NCBI GenBank assembly: GCA_043807885.1
Contig: JAZDFN010000019.1
Span: 1 to 48,301, forward strand
Reading direction: 5' to 3'
DNA length: 48,301 bases
Source of the DNA: a bacterium
GTDB lineage: Bacteria; Patescibacteriota; Patescibacteriia; UBA2591; JAZDFN01
The translations under genes were made by a program, and so were the position numbers. The notes below the pieces were generated by a model. The model worked only from the letters and a program-made list of their open reading frames with translations, was not told where the DNA came from and did not search any database. The stretch's first letter is position 1. Each line of letters starts with the position of its first letter. Shown here piece after piece: positions 40,859 through 48,301 of this stretch.

Positions 40859-42223
40859 ATGAATGCCCAAATCAAAAAAACCATCAGTTTAGGAGCGGTT
40901 TTGATTTTGGTTACGAGCGCTTTGGTTTTCCAAACGCCGACGGCCAGCGCCGTTCAAGCCGGGGATCTGGTGAAGATCCCGGGCAATACCGCCGTCTATT
41001 ACATCGGGGCTGACAACAAGCGCTATGTTTTTCCGCACTTCAGCGTCTATGACACCTGGTATCAGGATTATTCCCAAGTCAAGACCATTACTTTGGCTGA
41101 ACTGCAAACTTACGCCATTGGCGGAAACATAACGGTCAGACCGGGTACCAAACTGATCAAGATCCAGAGCGACCCGAGCGTCTATGCGGTCAGCACCAAC
41201 GGAGCGCTTCACAAGATTGATTCAGAAACCCGGGCCAAAACGCTTTACGGCGCCAATTGGGCCAAGCGGGTGATTGATGTGAGCGACGCTTTTTTCGTCA
41301 ATTACATCATGGATTCGGCAATCAGCTCCGACCAGCACCCGGACGGCACTTTGATCCAATATGATGTTCTGCCGGGCAACAAATATTTGGTTGGTTGGAA
41401 TGGCAAGAAACGGATTTTTAAGGATGATGCAACCTTCGCCCTCAATGGTTTTGTTTCAGACAATGTCATTACCACGACTTTGAATTATCCTGACAGTACC
41501 CAAATCGTTGAGAAAGAAAACACTTTGTCTGAACCAAAGGGTGTGTTTGATAAACCAATAGAAGAAACCAAGAAAATAGAAGTCGCCCAATTAATAGTGA
41601 CAACCGACCATAGCCAAATCGCCGCCAACGGCCAAGCCAAAGCGATTGTTACTGTCACCTTGAAGGATGCTAACGGCCAGATTGTTACTGATGCCAGCGA
41701 GCCGGTTTCTTTTAGTTCGAGTAATTCATTGGGGACTGTTTTGTCCACCAATTCCGCCGTGCCTTCAGCTGGTATTGCCAGTACGGTTTTAACGGCCGGC
41801 TATCAAGCCGGCGCCATTGAAGTGGTCGTCAGTTTGAATAATTTGAGTAAAGCCGTAACGATTAACATTGTTGGCGTGGATGTGGTTCAGCCGGGCGTAA
41901 CAATTATGTACGACCCTTCTTTAATATGGCCTTTATACAAAGATAGCGCCGGTTCAAACGAGGACTACACTTTGACTTGGAACAAGATAGAAAATGTCAG
42001 CATTGATTATTATATAGTTGAAGAGGCCACTAACAGCACTTTCACGGAAGGACTGGCCCAGTACACTGTTAATACCAACAGTATTACCTTAAATCACGCC
42101 TATCCGCAGACCAAAAAATATTTTTATCGCGTCAAGGGCGTCCATAATACCGTGGAGGGCTTGTGGAGCGGCAGTTTGGACGGCAATGTGGTGAATCATG
42201 AGGTGACCGGTACTGACATCTAA
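40859..42223 (+). CDS. Secreted protein with Big_1 (invasin/intimin-type Ig-like) and FN3-like domains, inserted between rpsL and rpsG
   Basis: Signal peptide [57 protein letters not shown] (Big_1-like). [21 protein letters not shown]...YFYRVKG (FN3-like). Confidence 0.75.
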   Translation: MNAQIKKTISLGAVLILVTSALVFQTPTASAVQAGDLVKIPGNTAVYYIGADNKRYVFPHFSVYDTWYQDYSQVKTITLAELQTYAIGGNITVRPGTKLIKIQSDPSVYAVSTNGALHKIDSETRAKTLYGANWAKRVIDVSDAFFVNYIMDSAISSDQHPDGTLIQYDVLPGNKYLVGWNGKKRIFKDDATFALNGFVSDNVITTTLNYPDSTQIVEKENTLSEPKGVFDKPIEETKKIEVAQLIVTTDHSQIAANGQAKAIVTVTLKDANGQIVTDASEPVSFSSSNSLGTVLSTNSAVPSAGIASTVLTAGYQAGAIEVVVSLNNLSKAVTINIVGVDVVQPGVTIMYDPSLIWPLYKDSAGSNEDYTLTWNKIENVSIDYYIVEEATNSTFTEGLAQYTVNTNSITLNHAYPQTKKYFYRVKGVHNTVEGLWSGSLDGNVVNHEVTGTDI

Positions 42224-42240
42224 CTATTTATTTTTTTATT

Positions 42241-42708
42241 ATGCGCGGCAAGCAAGCCATTAAGAGAAAAGGCAAACCCGATCATCGCTACAACAATCTT
42301 GAAGTGAATAAGTTTATTAATTACGTGATGGAACGGGGCAAAAAGACCGTGGCCCAAGCAATAGTTTACGGCGCTTTTGATATTATTGAGCAGAAAACCA
42401 AGCGCCGGCCCATTGAGGTTTTCGAAGAAGCGGTTAAGAACGTGGCGCCGGTTTTGGAAGTCAAGAGCAAAAGAGTCGGCGGAGCCAATTACCAGATTCC
42501 CATGCCGGTTCGGGGCGACCGGCGGTTGGCTTTGGCTTTGCGCTGGATTATCAAGGCCGCCCAGGCGCGCAAAGGCAAGCCGATGCGGGAAAAGTTGGCC
42601 ATGGAACTCTTGGACGCGGCCAATCGCGAAGGCGCGGCTGTTAAGAAGCGGGAAGATGTCCACCGAATGGCCGAAGCCAACAAGGCCTTTGCCCATTTTG
42701 CTCGATAA
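42241..42708 (+). CDS. rpsG: 30S ribosomal protein S7
   Basis: [10 protein letters not shown]...[22 protein letters not shown]..., [21 protein letters not shown], ...KAFAHFAR. Confidence 0.96.
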   Translation: MRGKQAIKRKGKPDHRYNNLEVNKFINYVMERGKKTVAQAIVYGAFDIIEQKTKRRPIEVFEEAVKNVAPVLEVKSKRVGGANYQIPMPVRGDRRLALALRWIIKAAQARKGKPMREKLAMELLDAANREGAAVKKREDVHRMAEANKAFAHFAR

Positions 42709-43314
42709 TTGTTTATTTTGTTTTTAGCCGTGGAAAAATATTTCAATCAAGACGGGAAGAAGGCATTGGTTATTGTCGCTCATCCGGATGATGAAACCAT
42801 CTGGCTCGGCGGCGCGATTTTGAAATTTAAAAATTTGGATTGGACGATTTTCTCGCTCTGCCGCGCCAAAGACTCGGATCGGGCGCCTAAATTTTTCAAG
42901 GTCTGCAAACATTATGGCGCGCGGGGTTTGATGGCGGACTTGGATGACGAGAACCGCTTGACTTTGAAAGAGTCATTGCCGGTGATTAAAAAAATTATCT
43001 TAAAAGAATTGCGCGGCAAGAGTTTTGATTTTATTTTCACTCACGGCGCCAATGGCGAATACGGCCACCCGCGGCATAAGGGCGTTCACCAAGCAGTTAA
43101 ACAATTAATTAAAGAAAAAAAATTGCCGACCAAATTTATTTTCTATTTTAATTATTACAATAAAAAAATAAAGCCGGATTTTTCATTAAAATTATCGCCT
43201 CGGGAATTTGCCGGCAAGAAAAAAATTATGTCCGAGCTTTACGGCTTTGACCCGCATGGCATTGACGCCAATTATTGCGCTAATCCGGAAGCGTTTAAAA
43301 TAGTAATTATATGA
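42709..43314 (+). CDS. PIG-L/LmbE-family N-acetylglucosaminyl deacetylase
   Basis: VIVAHPDDETIWLGG metal-binding motif; HPRHKGVHQA. Start uncertain (TTG 42709 versus GTG 42730). Confidence 0.75.
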   Translation: MFILFLAVEKYFNQDGKKALVIVAHPDDETIWLGGAILKFKNLDWTIFSLCRAKDSDRAPKFFKVCKHYGARGLMADLDDENRLTLKESLPVIKKIILKELRGKSFDFIFTHGANGEYGHPRHKGVHQAVKQLIKEKKLPTKFIFYFNYYNKKIKPDFSLKLSPREFAGKKKIMSELYGFDPHGIDANYCANPEAFKIVII

Positions 43315-44456
43315 AAATCGCTCTCCTTTACGCTTATCCGCCCGAGCCAGATGGTTTAAGCTTGCAGGGTGATTTGTTGTATCGCGGCCTAAAAGAAATT
43401 GGCATTGAAGTGATGCCTTGCCATTTCAGCCCGGGACTCCAAAAACAATGGCTATTCTCGGCTTTCAAGCCGGATATTGCCATTGGCGTGGGTTGTTGGA
43501 CCGCCGTGCCGGATATTGTTTTGAGCCCCCAACAAAACAATATTATTCCGGTACCGTGGTTTGTGGCTAACGGCTGGGTGGCTAATTATCATAAGGTGTT
43601 AAGCGACTTGCCTTTGGTTTTTACAACCAGTGATTGGGTCAGGCAAACCTACAAACGCGACGGCGTGGATGTTAAAAATTTTGAGGTCTTGCCGATTGGG
43701 TTTGACCCCAAAGAAATTCGGCCGATCGCCAAAACCGACCCGCAAGTCCAAAAATTCCGCGAGATGATTGGCGTGGGGCCTGAAGAAAAAATGATTTTGA
43801 CTATCGGCGGGGATACCACCAGCAAAGGCAGCCAAGAAATGATTAGAGCGCTGGCGGAAATAGACAAGGAATTTAAAAATTGGAAATATGTCTGCAAGGC
43901 CTCGGACAGCGAGTGCGCGGAAAATCATCACCGCGAAGAAGAGGCGTTAATTGAGGAACTGGGCTTGGATCCGGGTAAAATTATCTACCTGACCGGCATG
44001 TATTCCCATGATTTCATGCCCTATGTCATTTCCGCTTGCGACATTTACGCCGCGCCCAGCCGATTGGAGGGCTTTGGCATGATTCAACTGGAAGCGATGG
44101 CCTGCGGCGTGCCGGTGATTTCCATTAATGTCGGCGGCCCGGCCGAAACCATTATTCATAACCAGACCGGCTTTTTGGCTGAAGTCGGCGAGACCATTCA
44201 ACTAAACGAAGAATGGGCTTATGAAGATATGGGCTTTGACGCCAAGCATAAAATCAAATTTGACCAGCCGAAAATCTTTGCTTATCGCGCCAGCATTCCT
44301 GATTTGGCCAAATACACCAAACAATTATTAACCGATGACAAATTAAGGGAAGAGATGGGCAAAAAGGCGTTGGAACACGCTCTGGCCAATTACCAGTATG
44401 TAGATATTGCCAAAAGGGCGGTGAAAATAATCGGGGAAAAGTTGGGGTTGAGGTAA
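43311..44456 (+). CDS. GT4-family (GT-B) glycosyltransferase
   Basis: PSRLEGFGMIQLEAMACGVPVIS...GGPAETI (E-x7-E region). 4-nt overlap with the PIG-L gene. Confidence 0.85.
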   Translation: MKIALLYAYPPEPDGLSLQGDLLYRGLKEIGIEVMPCHFSPGLQKQWLFSAFKPDIAIGVGCWTAVPDIVLSPQQNNIIPVPWFVANGWVANYHKVLSDLPLVFTTSDWVRQTYKRDGVDVKNFEVLPIGFDPKEIRPIAKTDPQVQKFREMIGVGPEEKMILTIGGDTTSKGSQEMIRALAEIDKEFKNWKYVCKASDSECAENHHREEEALIEELGLDPGKIIYLTGMYSHDFMPYVISACDIYAAPSRLEGFGMIQLEAMACGVPVISINVGGPAETIIHNQTGFLAEVGETIQLNEEWAYEDMGFDAKHKIKFDQPKIFAYRASIPDLAKYTKQLLTDDKLREEMGKKALEHALANYQYVDIAKRAVKIIGEKLGLR

Positions 44457-44462
44457 TAATTA

Positions 44463-45233
44463 ATGAAAAACATGAGGGAAGGAAAACCTTATTTTGAAAC
44501 AAAACTTGAAAATATGATTGCTACCCCAAAAGATGAGCAATCATTTTTAGAGTTTAGGGATCCTCTTTTTAATTGGGAAAAACACCCCAATATGTCTCCA
44601 GAAGGCAAGTTAGAAATTAAAGAAGATAATTTTCAGGTAAATTTTGAATGGGGAGAGAGTAAAGATATTAATGCTATCCGCCAGCCCGGAGTTAAAAATG
44701 CAAAAAGTCAATGGGCTACTCTTAAAAATTTTTCAATTAGTACAAATGAGGGTGGACTTAACATTAATGACTTAATACCTGATGAATGGGCAATAATATT
44801 CAAAAGGGATCCCTACCGTTGGGGAGTAGGTGGAGATACAAAATTAGAAGAAAAAACAATTATAATGTCCTATGATATTACAACTCCTGAAGGTATTATT
44901 GTTCTATGCCACGAAGCCGGCCATGCTAATATTTTTGAAAAAATGACCGAAGAAGAAAGAAAAAGCTATTTGAAGGATAGGGAAAAATTTCAAACAAGTT
45001 TTTCATATAAGTTAGGGCCTATCAGCAATAAAGTAGTTGATAATATTGTTAAAAACGAACGGAATGCTTGGGCTTATGCCATGCGGAAGCTAAAACCATT
45101 ATTAAAGTCAAGCATTATTAAACAAGATGATATAAAAAATTATATCCATCATGAATCCCTTAAGACATATTCTGATGCTACTAGATCTTTGATTGAAAAC
45201 GGATTAATTGAAGATCTGGAGAGTATTAAATAA
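44463..45233 (+). CDS. Hypothetical protein with HExxH zinc-metallopeptidase-like motif
   Basis: VLCHEAGHANIF, and downstream NERNAWAYA as a possible third ligand region. The sequence is visibly more A/T-rich than its neighbours. Confidence 0.6.
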   Translation: MKNMREGKPYFETKLENMIATPKDEQSFLEFRDPLFNWEKHPNMSPEGKLEIKEDNFQVNFEWGESKDINAIRQPGVKNAKSQWATLKNFSISTNEGGLNINDLIPDEWAIIFKRDPYRWGVGGDTKLEEKTIIMSYDITTPEGIIVLCHEAGHANIFEKMTEEERKSYLKDREKFQTSFSYKLGPISNKVVDNIVKNERNAWAYAMRKLKPLLKSSIIKQDDIKNYIHHESLKTYSDATRSLIENGLIEDLESIK

Positions 45234-45255
45234 ATTTACAATAAAATTGATATAA

Positions 45256-45282
45256 AAAAAATCCCCTGAATGGGGATTTTTT
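45256..45282. terminator. Bidirectional intrinsic terminator between convergent genes
   Basis: AAAAAATCCCC-TGAAT-GGGGATTTTTT, with A-run and T-run on either side. Confidence 0.85.
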
Positions 45283-45323
45283 AGTATGGAATCCATGGTT
45301 GACACTCGGATATAAAATAATTT

Positions 45324-45644
45324 TTATTGGCGCTGTAATTCCAATTTAGCCACCCGATCTTCCAATCTTCTCACTTGACTGCCCAATACTAATAATTCCT
45401 GCTCTTGTTTTTTGTATAAAGAAATAAACTCATCAAGTTTAGTGAAGAGTTCACTAGAATTTTCTTTTATAACCTGAACGTCATCTTTTACTGTTTTTAA
45501 TTCAAATTCAACATTTGTCAAACGATTGTCTATATTATCAAGACGGTTATTCACTCCTTGAAAATCTTTCTGAATTGACTGGGCAAACGGTTCCAAGACC
45601 TCAATAACCGCTTCTTTTATATTTTGTTTTGTTTCTTCTGCCAT
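45324..45644 (-). CDS. Coiled-coil hypothetical protein
   Basis: 106 aa with heptad-like pattern: NRLDNIDNRLTNVEFELKTVKDDVQVIKENSSELFTKLDEF...RRLEDRVAKLELQ. Confidence 0.6.
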   Translation of the reverse strand: MAEETKQNIKEAVIEVLEPFAQSIQKDFQGVNNRLDNIDNRLTNVEFELKTVKDDVQVIKENSSELFTKLDEFISLYKKQEQELLVLGSQVRRLEDRVAKLELQRQ

Positions 45645-45653
45645 AATAACTTT

Positions 45654-45681
45654 ATTATAAGGTATAGAAAAATATTATCAA
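45654..45681 (-). promoter_or_regulatory. Candidate promoter giving a near-leaderless mRNA for the 45644 gene
   Basis: Minus strand TTGATA (45681-45676), 16 nt, TATAAT (45659-45654). ATG lies 9 nt after the -10. Confidence 0.45.
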
Positions 45682-45724
45682 GCAAAAGTTATCCACATTA
45701 AAATTTAGCAAGAAATCGCCGAGC

Positions 45725-45752
45725 TTGACTTTTTTTATAAATAGTGTAAGCT
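45725..45752 (+). promoter_or_regulatory. Candidate promoter for the 45872 gene
   Basis: TTGACT 45725-45730, 16 nt, TAAGCT 45747-45752 preceded by TG. Same layout as 29268-29295. Confidence 0.35.
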
Positions 45753-45871
45753 ATAAGCGCGCGGTTAGGCCTTGTCGCGCCAGAAATGAAGTATTTTATT
45801 ATGGCCGGAAGTCATAATAAAATGGCGCCGGAAACGCCCATTTCTCAATTAAAGGCGTAGGAGGTTTTGTT

Positions 45872-46450
45872 ATGTCCTTTTTATTATGGCGTCTTTTGCC
45901 CTTCAAGTTTCGTCATCCTCTAACCAAATTTTGGTTCAAAAGTAATATCCAGAGTTTAATCATAGAACTTGGCTCCTTGTTGTTTTATGGAGGGGCAATA
46001 ATTTTTGCCCTATTGTGGTTCATTACTAAGGAATCTATAGGGACAAAGTGTTTGGGTAGCTTTACTATGTTATTTATTGTTGCTGTACTTATGGTGTTGC
46101 ATGCGACTAGCCCGATACTATGCCCAATCATCAGATTTAGAAGGGACGCTAAATGTCTTGCTGAACTTTTGGAAAGCGATCTGGGTATTTTGAAGGATGA
46201 GTCAATTGAGAAGATAGCTTCTTGTGCTGAAAATTTACTTGTTGCTTTTGCACGAAAAGTTTTGGATATTGAAGAAAAGCATCCAGAAGTCCCTGTTTAT
46301 ATAGACAAGGACAAGCCATTAAAAGAATTGGAAGAATTGGAAGAGGTGAGAGCTGAGATTAAAAAAACCTATGATTTTTTTGTGAAGGAAATGGGTATCC
46401 CAATTAGAGAGGGATATAGATTATATTTCGATTTAGCAAAAAAATTATGA
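45872..46450 (+). CDS. Hypothetical membrane protein (2 TM) with acidic helical C-terminal domain
   Basis: Strong SD AGGAGG upstream of ATG 45872. Hydrophobic segments LIIELGSLLFYGGAIIFALLWFI and FTMLFIVAVLMVLHA. Confidence 0.65.
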   Translation: MSFLLWRLLPFKFRHPLTKFWFKSNIQSLIIELGSLLFYGGAIIFALLWFITKESIGTKCLGSFTMLFIVAVLMVLHATSPILCPIIRFRRDAKCLAELLESDLGILKDESIEKIASCAENLLVAFARKVLDIEEKHPEVPVYIDKDKPLKELEELEEVRAEIKKTYDFFVKEMGIPIREGYRLYFDLAKKL

Positions 46451-46460
46451 ATTTTATCAA

Positions 46461-46488
46461 GGGGATACGAAAGTATCCCTCTTTTTTT
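46461..46488. terminator. Intrinsic terminator between convergent genes
   Basis: GGGATAC-GAAA-GTATCCC followed by TCTTTTTTT. The T-run abuts the stop of the minus-strand gene. Confidence 0.7.
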
Positions 46489-47626
46489 ACCCAAAAAACA
46501 GCACCTTCTTCTGCTTGACGCACTGATAAGCGTAAATATACATGCCGATGGACCACGCCTGCCATTCGCTGCCGGTCGGCTGGCCGGTTTGGCCGTCCAA
46601 ACATTCATTAAAATCCCATTCATCTTTTTTACTTAGACGATTGGCTTCGGTTAATTTTTCCAGAGCGGCTTCGGCTTTTTTCAGATGGCCGGCTTTAATT
46701 AAGGCCACCACGTAAAACCCGCCGATGTAGGGCCAGATGCCGGCGTTAAGGTAGCGGTAAGGGTCGCGGGCGTCGCATTCGTTAAAATAAGACTCCCATT
46801 CAGGATCATTGGGCTTAATCGGCGGAAAAATCGCTTTGACCGGAAATGGTTTATCAATGCCGGCAGTTTCAATGTAATTGAGGATTTTTTCCGTTTGGTA
46901 TTTTTCTGCCAAGCCGAAAACAATCGCCAATAAATTTCCCAAAGAGTCAAACCAATTCTGCTGCTCGCGGTCGCCATTATGGTTTTTCCAAACCCACGGC
47001 AAATAGTAGCCGTGGCTCCGGTCAAACATCACCATATCCGGCCGGCCTTGGCCATTAACGGTTTTCTTGACCAGTTCCGCTTCTTTATTCTTGCCGTAAA
47101 ATTTTAACGCCTGATAATAGAGCGCCTGCGTGCTTAAGACATGGCCGTACTTGTGGGGGAAGGCGTCCTGCCAGTCCGAAGTCGGGTGCTGTTCCGGCAA
47201 GCCGTCTTCGCCCGTGTCCTGGCAAACCAGCCAGAAAAAAACCTTGTCAATCTGCTTTTTATATTTTTTAAATAAAGAATCGTCTTGGTAGGCCTGCCGA
47301 TAAACTTGCTGGCCAATCAAATACCATAAACTGGAATCAATAGTAGTGAAAGTGACATCCGAAGAGCGGTCAACATTAAAATCACCCACGCAGTTGGGAA
47401 TCTGGCCGCTCGTCGGCTGGTTTTTTGACAAAGTCGCCAAACTGAAATTAAAAACCTGTTTGAATTGGTCGTCAACCAAAGCCCCGCCCATTAAAGAGAT
47501 CATGGAATCGCGCGCCCAGACAGCCGCATAGCCGCCCGGCCCGCCCGAAGCGTAAATGCCTTTGGGCGTGACACAGCGGGTTAGTTTTTTTAATGCCTCC
47601 TGATAGGCCTGGTTAGTAAGTTTCAT
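46487..47626 (-). CDS. (alpha/alpha)6-barrel glycoside hydrolase, amylo-alpha-1,6-glucosidase / GH100 invertase-like
   Basis: GIYASGGPGGYAAVWARDSMISLMG, DSSLWYLIG, LPEQHPTSDWQD, GIWPYIGGFYVVALIKAG. Family-level call only. Confidence 0.6.
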   Translation of the reverse strand: MKLTNQAYQEALKKLTRCVTPKGIYASGGPGGYAAVWARDSMISLMGGALVDDQFKQVFNFSLATLSKNQPTSGQIPNCVGDFNVDRSSDVTFTTIDSSLWYLIGQQVYRQAYQDDSLFKKYKKQIDKVFFWLVCQDTGEDGLPEQHPTSDWQDAFPHKYGHVLSTQALYYQALKFYGKNKEAELVKKTVNGQGRPDMVMFDRSHGYYLPWVWKNHNGDREQQNWFDSLGNLLAIVFGLAEKYQTEKILNYIETAGIDKPFPVKAIFPPIKPNDPEWESYFNECDARDPYRYLNAGIWPYIGGFYVVALIKAGHLKKAEAALEKLTEANRLSKKDEWDFNECLDGQTGQPTGSEWQAWSIGMYIYAYQCVKQKKVLFFG

Positions 47627-47630
47627 AAAT

Positions 47631-48301
47631 TTATAATTTTTCCAAAGTTAAACGCGCCAACAAATAAGCAATCGTTGATTCCGCGCCTTCGTTTAAGTTC
47701 AAAGAATTTTTGCCCAAGCCGTCACGGCAACCGCCGGTGATTTCATTGTACATCATCTGCTGCAGGTCGTTATGTCCCAAAAACCACTTGAAAGCGCGAT
47801 GCGCTTTGGTTTTGTACAATTCTTTTTTAGTCGCCTGATAAGCCACGACCAAAGTTTCCACCATGGAGCCGGCATCTTCGGGCTGTTGGTCAAAATAGGC
47901 GCGCTTGCCTTTTTTATAATACCAGCCGTTCTGCCCGATGGGCGTAAAAGAGCCGTTGGTAAAATAAATTGACATCAAAAAATTCAAAGAGGTCTCCGCC
48001 AAAGACAAATACTTTTTATTTTTAGTCGCCAGATAAGCGTAATACAAGGCCTCGCTCAATTTGCTGTTGGAATAAGTCAGATAGGGCTCAAACCATTGCC
48101 ATTCGGCCATGGCTTGGTTTTGATAAAGTTCGCATAGATGGTCGGCAAAATTTTTCAATGAATTAACCGTCTGTTCATCCGGCTTGTTTTTATTGATAAA
48201 ATATAAACCGATAATGGCAAAAGCGACCGCCCGCGGCGATTTCAGCCAATCAATATTTTTTAAAGCTTTGTTTAAAATTAACTGGGCTTGTTCTTTCAGT
48301 T
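47631..48301 (-). CDS. C-terminal part of a gene whose 5' end lies beyond the window; helical-repeat, glycoside-hydrolase-like hypothetical protein
   Basis: The minus-strand frame stays open from 48299 to stop 47631. The track start at 48158 is an internal TTG. Upstream in-frame peptide: ...LKEQAQLILNKALKNIDWLKSPRAVAFAIIGLYFINKNKPDEQTVNS. Confidence 0.55.
   Translation of the reverse strand, partial: LKEQAQLILNKALKNIDWLKSPRAVAFAIIGLYFINKNKPDEQTVNSLKNFADHLCELYQNQAMAEWQWFEPYLTYSNSKLSEALYYAYLATKNKKYLSLAETSLNFLMSIYFTNGSFTPIGQNGWYYKKGKRAYFDQQPEDAGSMVETLVVAYQATKKELYKTKAHRAFKWFLGHNDLQQMMYNEITGGCRDGLGKNSLNLNEGAESTIAYLLARLTLEKL

Overview
This 48.3 kb window looks like a chromosomal segment from a small-genome, CPR/Patescibacteria-like bacterium. 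That placement is an inference from gene content: a pilin-headed giant surface protein, many secreted repeat proteins, ComEC, B12-dependent RNR and tightly packed housekeeping operons. The genetic code appears standard, because an intact RF2 gene is present and TGA is used as a stop.

Gene order, left to right:
- the tail of a secreted protein;
- a 7.3 kb ORF for a Cys-rich surface protein with a TrbC/VirB2-like pilin head;
- two membrane-anchored proteins with acidic Ca-binding-type repeats;
- ybeY-ftsA-ftsZ, then nrdJ-cobO;
- a small-protein unit, then htrA;
- an array of five covarying hairpins, then glnA (minus strand);
- a PIF1-like helicase;
- a roughly 6 kb accessory/defence-like stretch: macro-domain relic, AbiEi/AbiEii, SppA, a MerR-GHKL fusion with a STAS-like partner flanked by a 38-bp repeat, an AlkD-like protein, and an Xis-type HTH with operator repeats;
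- two tandem paralogous secreted proteins that share a novel repeat domain;
- the prfB-apt-mtnP-flippase-comEC(split)-ndk operon;
- two micro-ORFs;
- an unusual nested tRNA-Pro(GGG) locus invaded by GC-rich micro-hairpins;
- rpmB (missed by the ORF track), an S2P protease, and rpsL and rpsG separated by a secreted Ig-like protein;
- PIG-L plus GT4, an A/T-rich three-gene islet, and glycoside-hydrolase-like genes on the minus strand.

No rRNA, CRISPR array, transposase, integrase or reverse transcriptase was seen. All family assignments come from motif recognition by eye; no database search was run.
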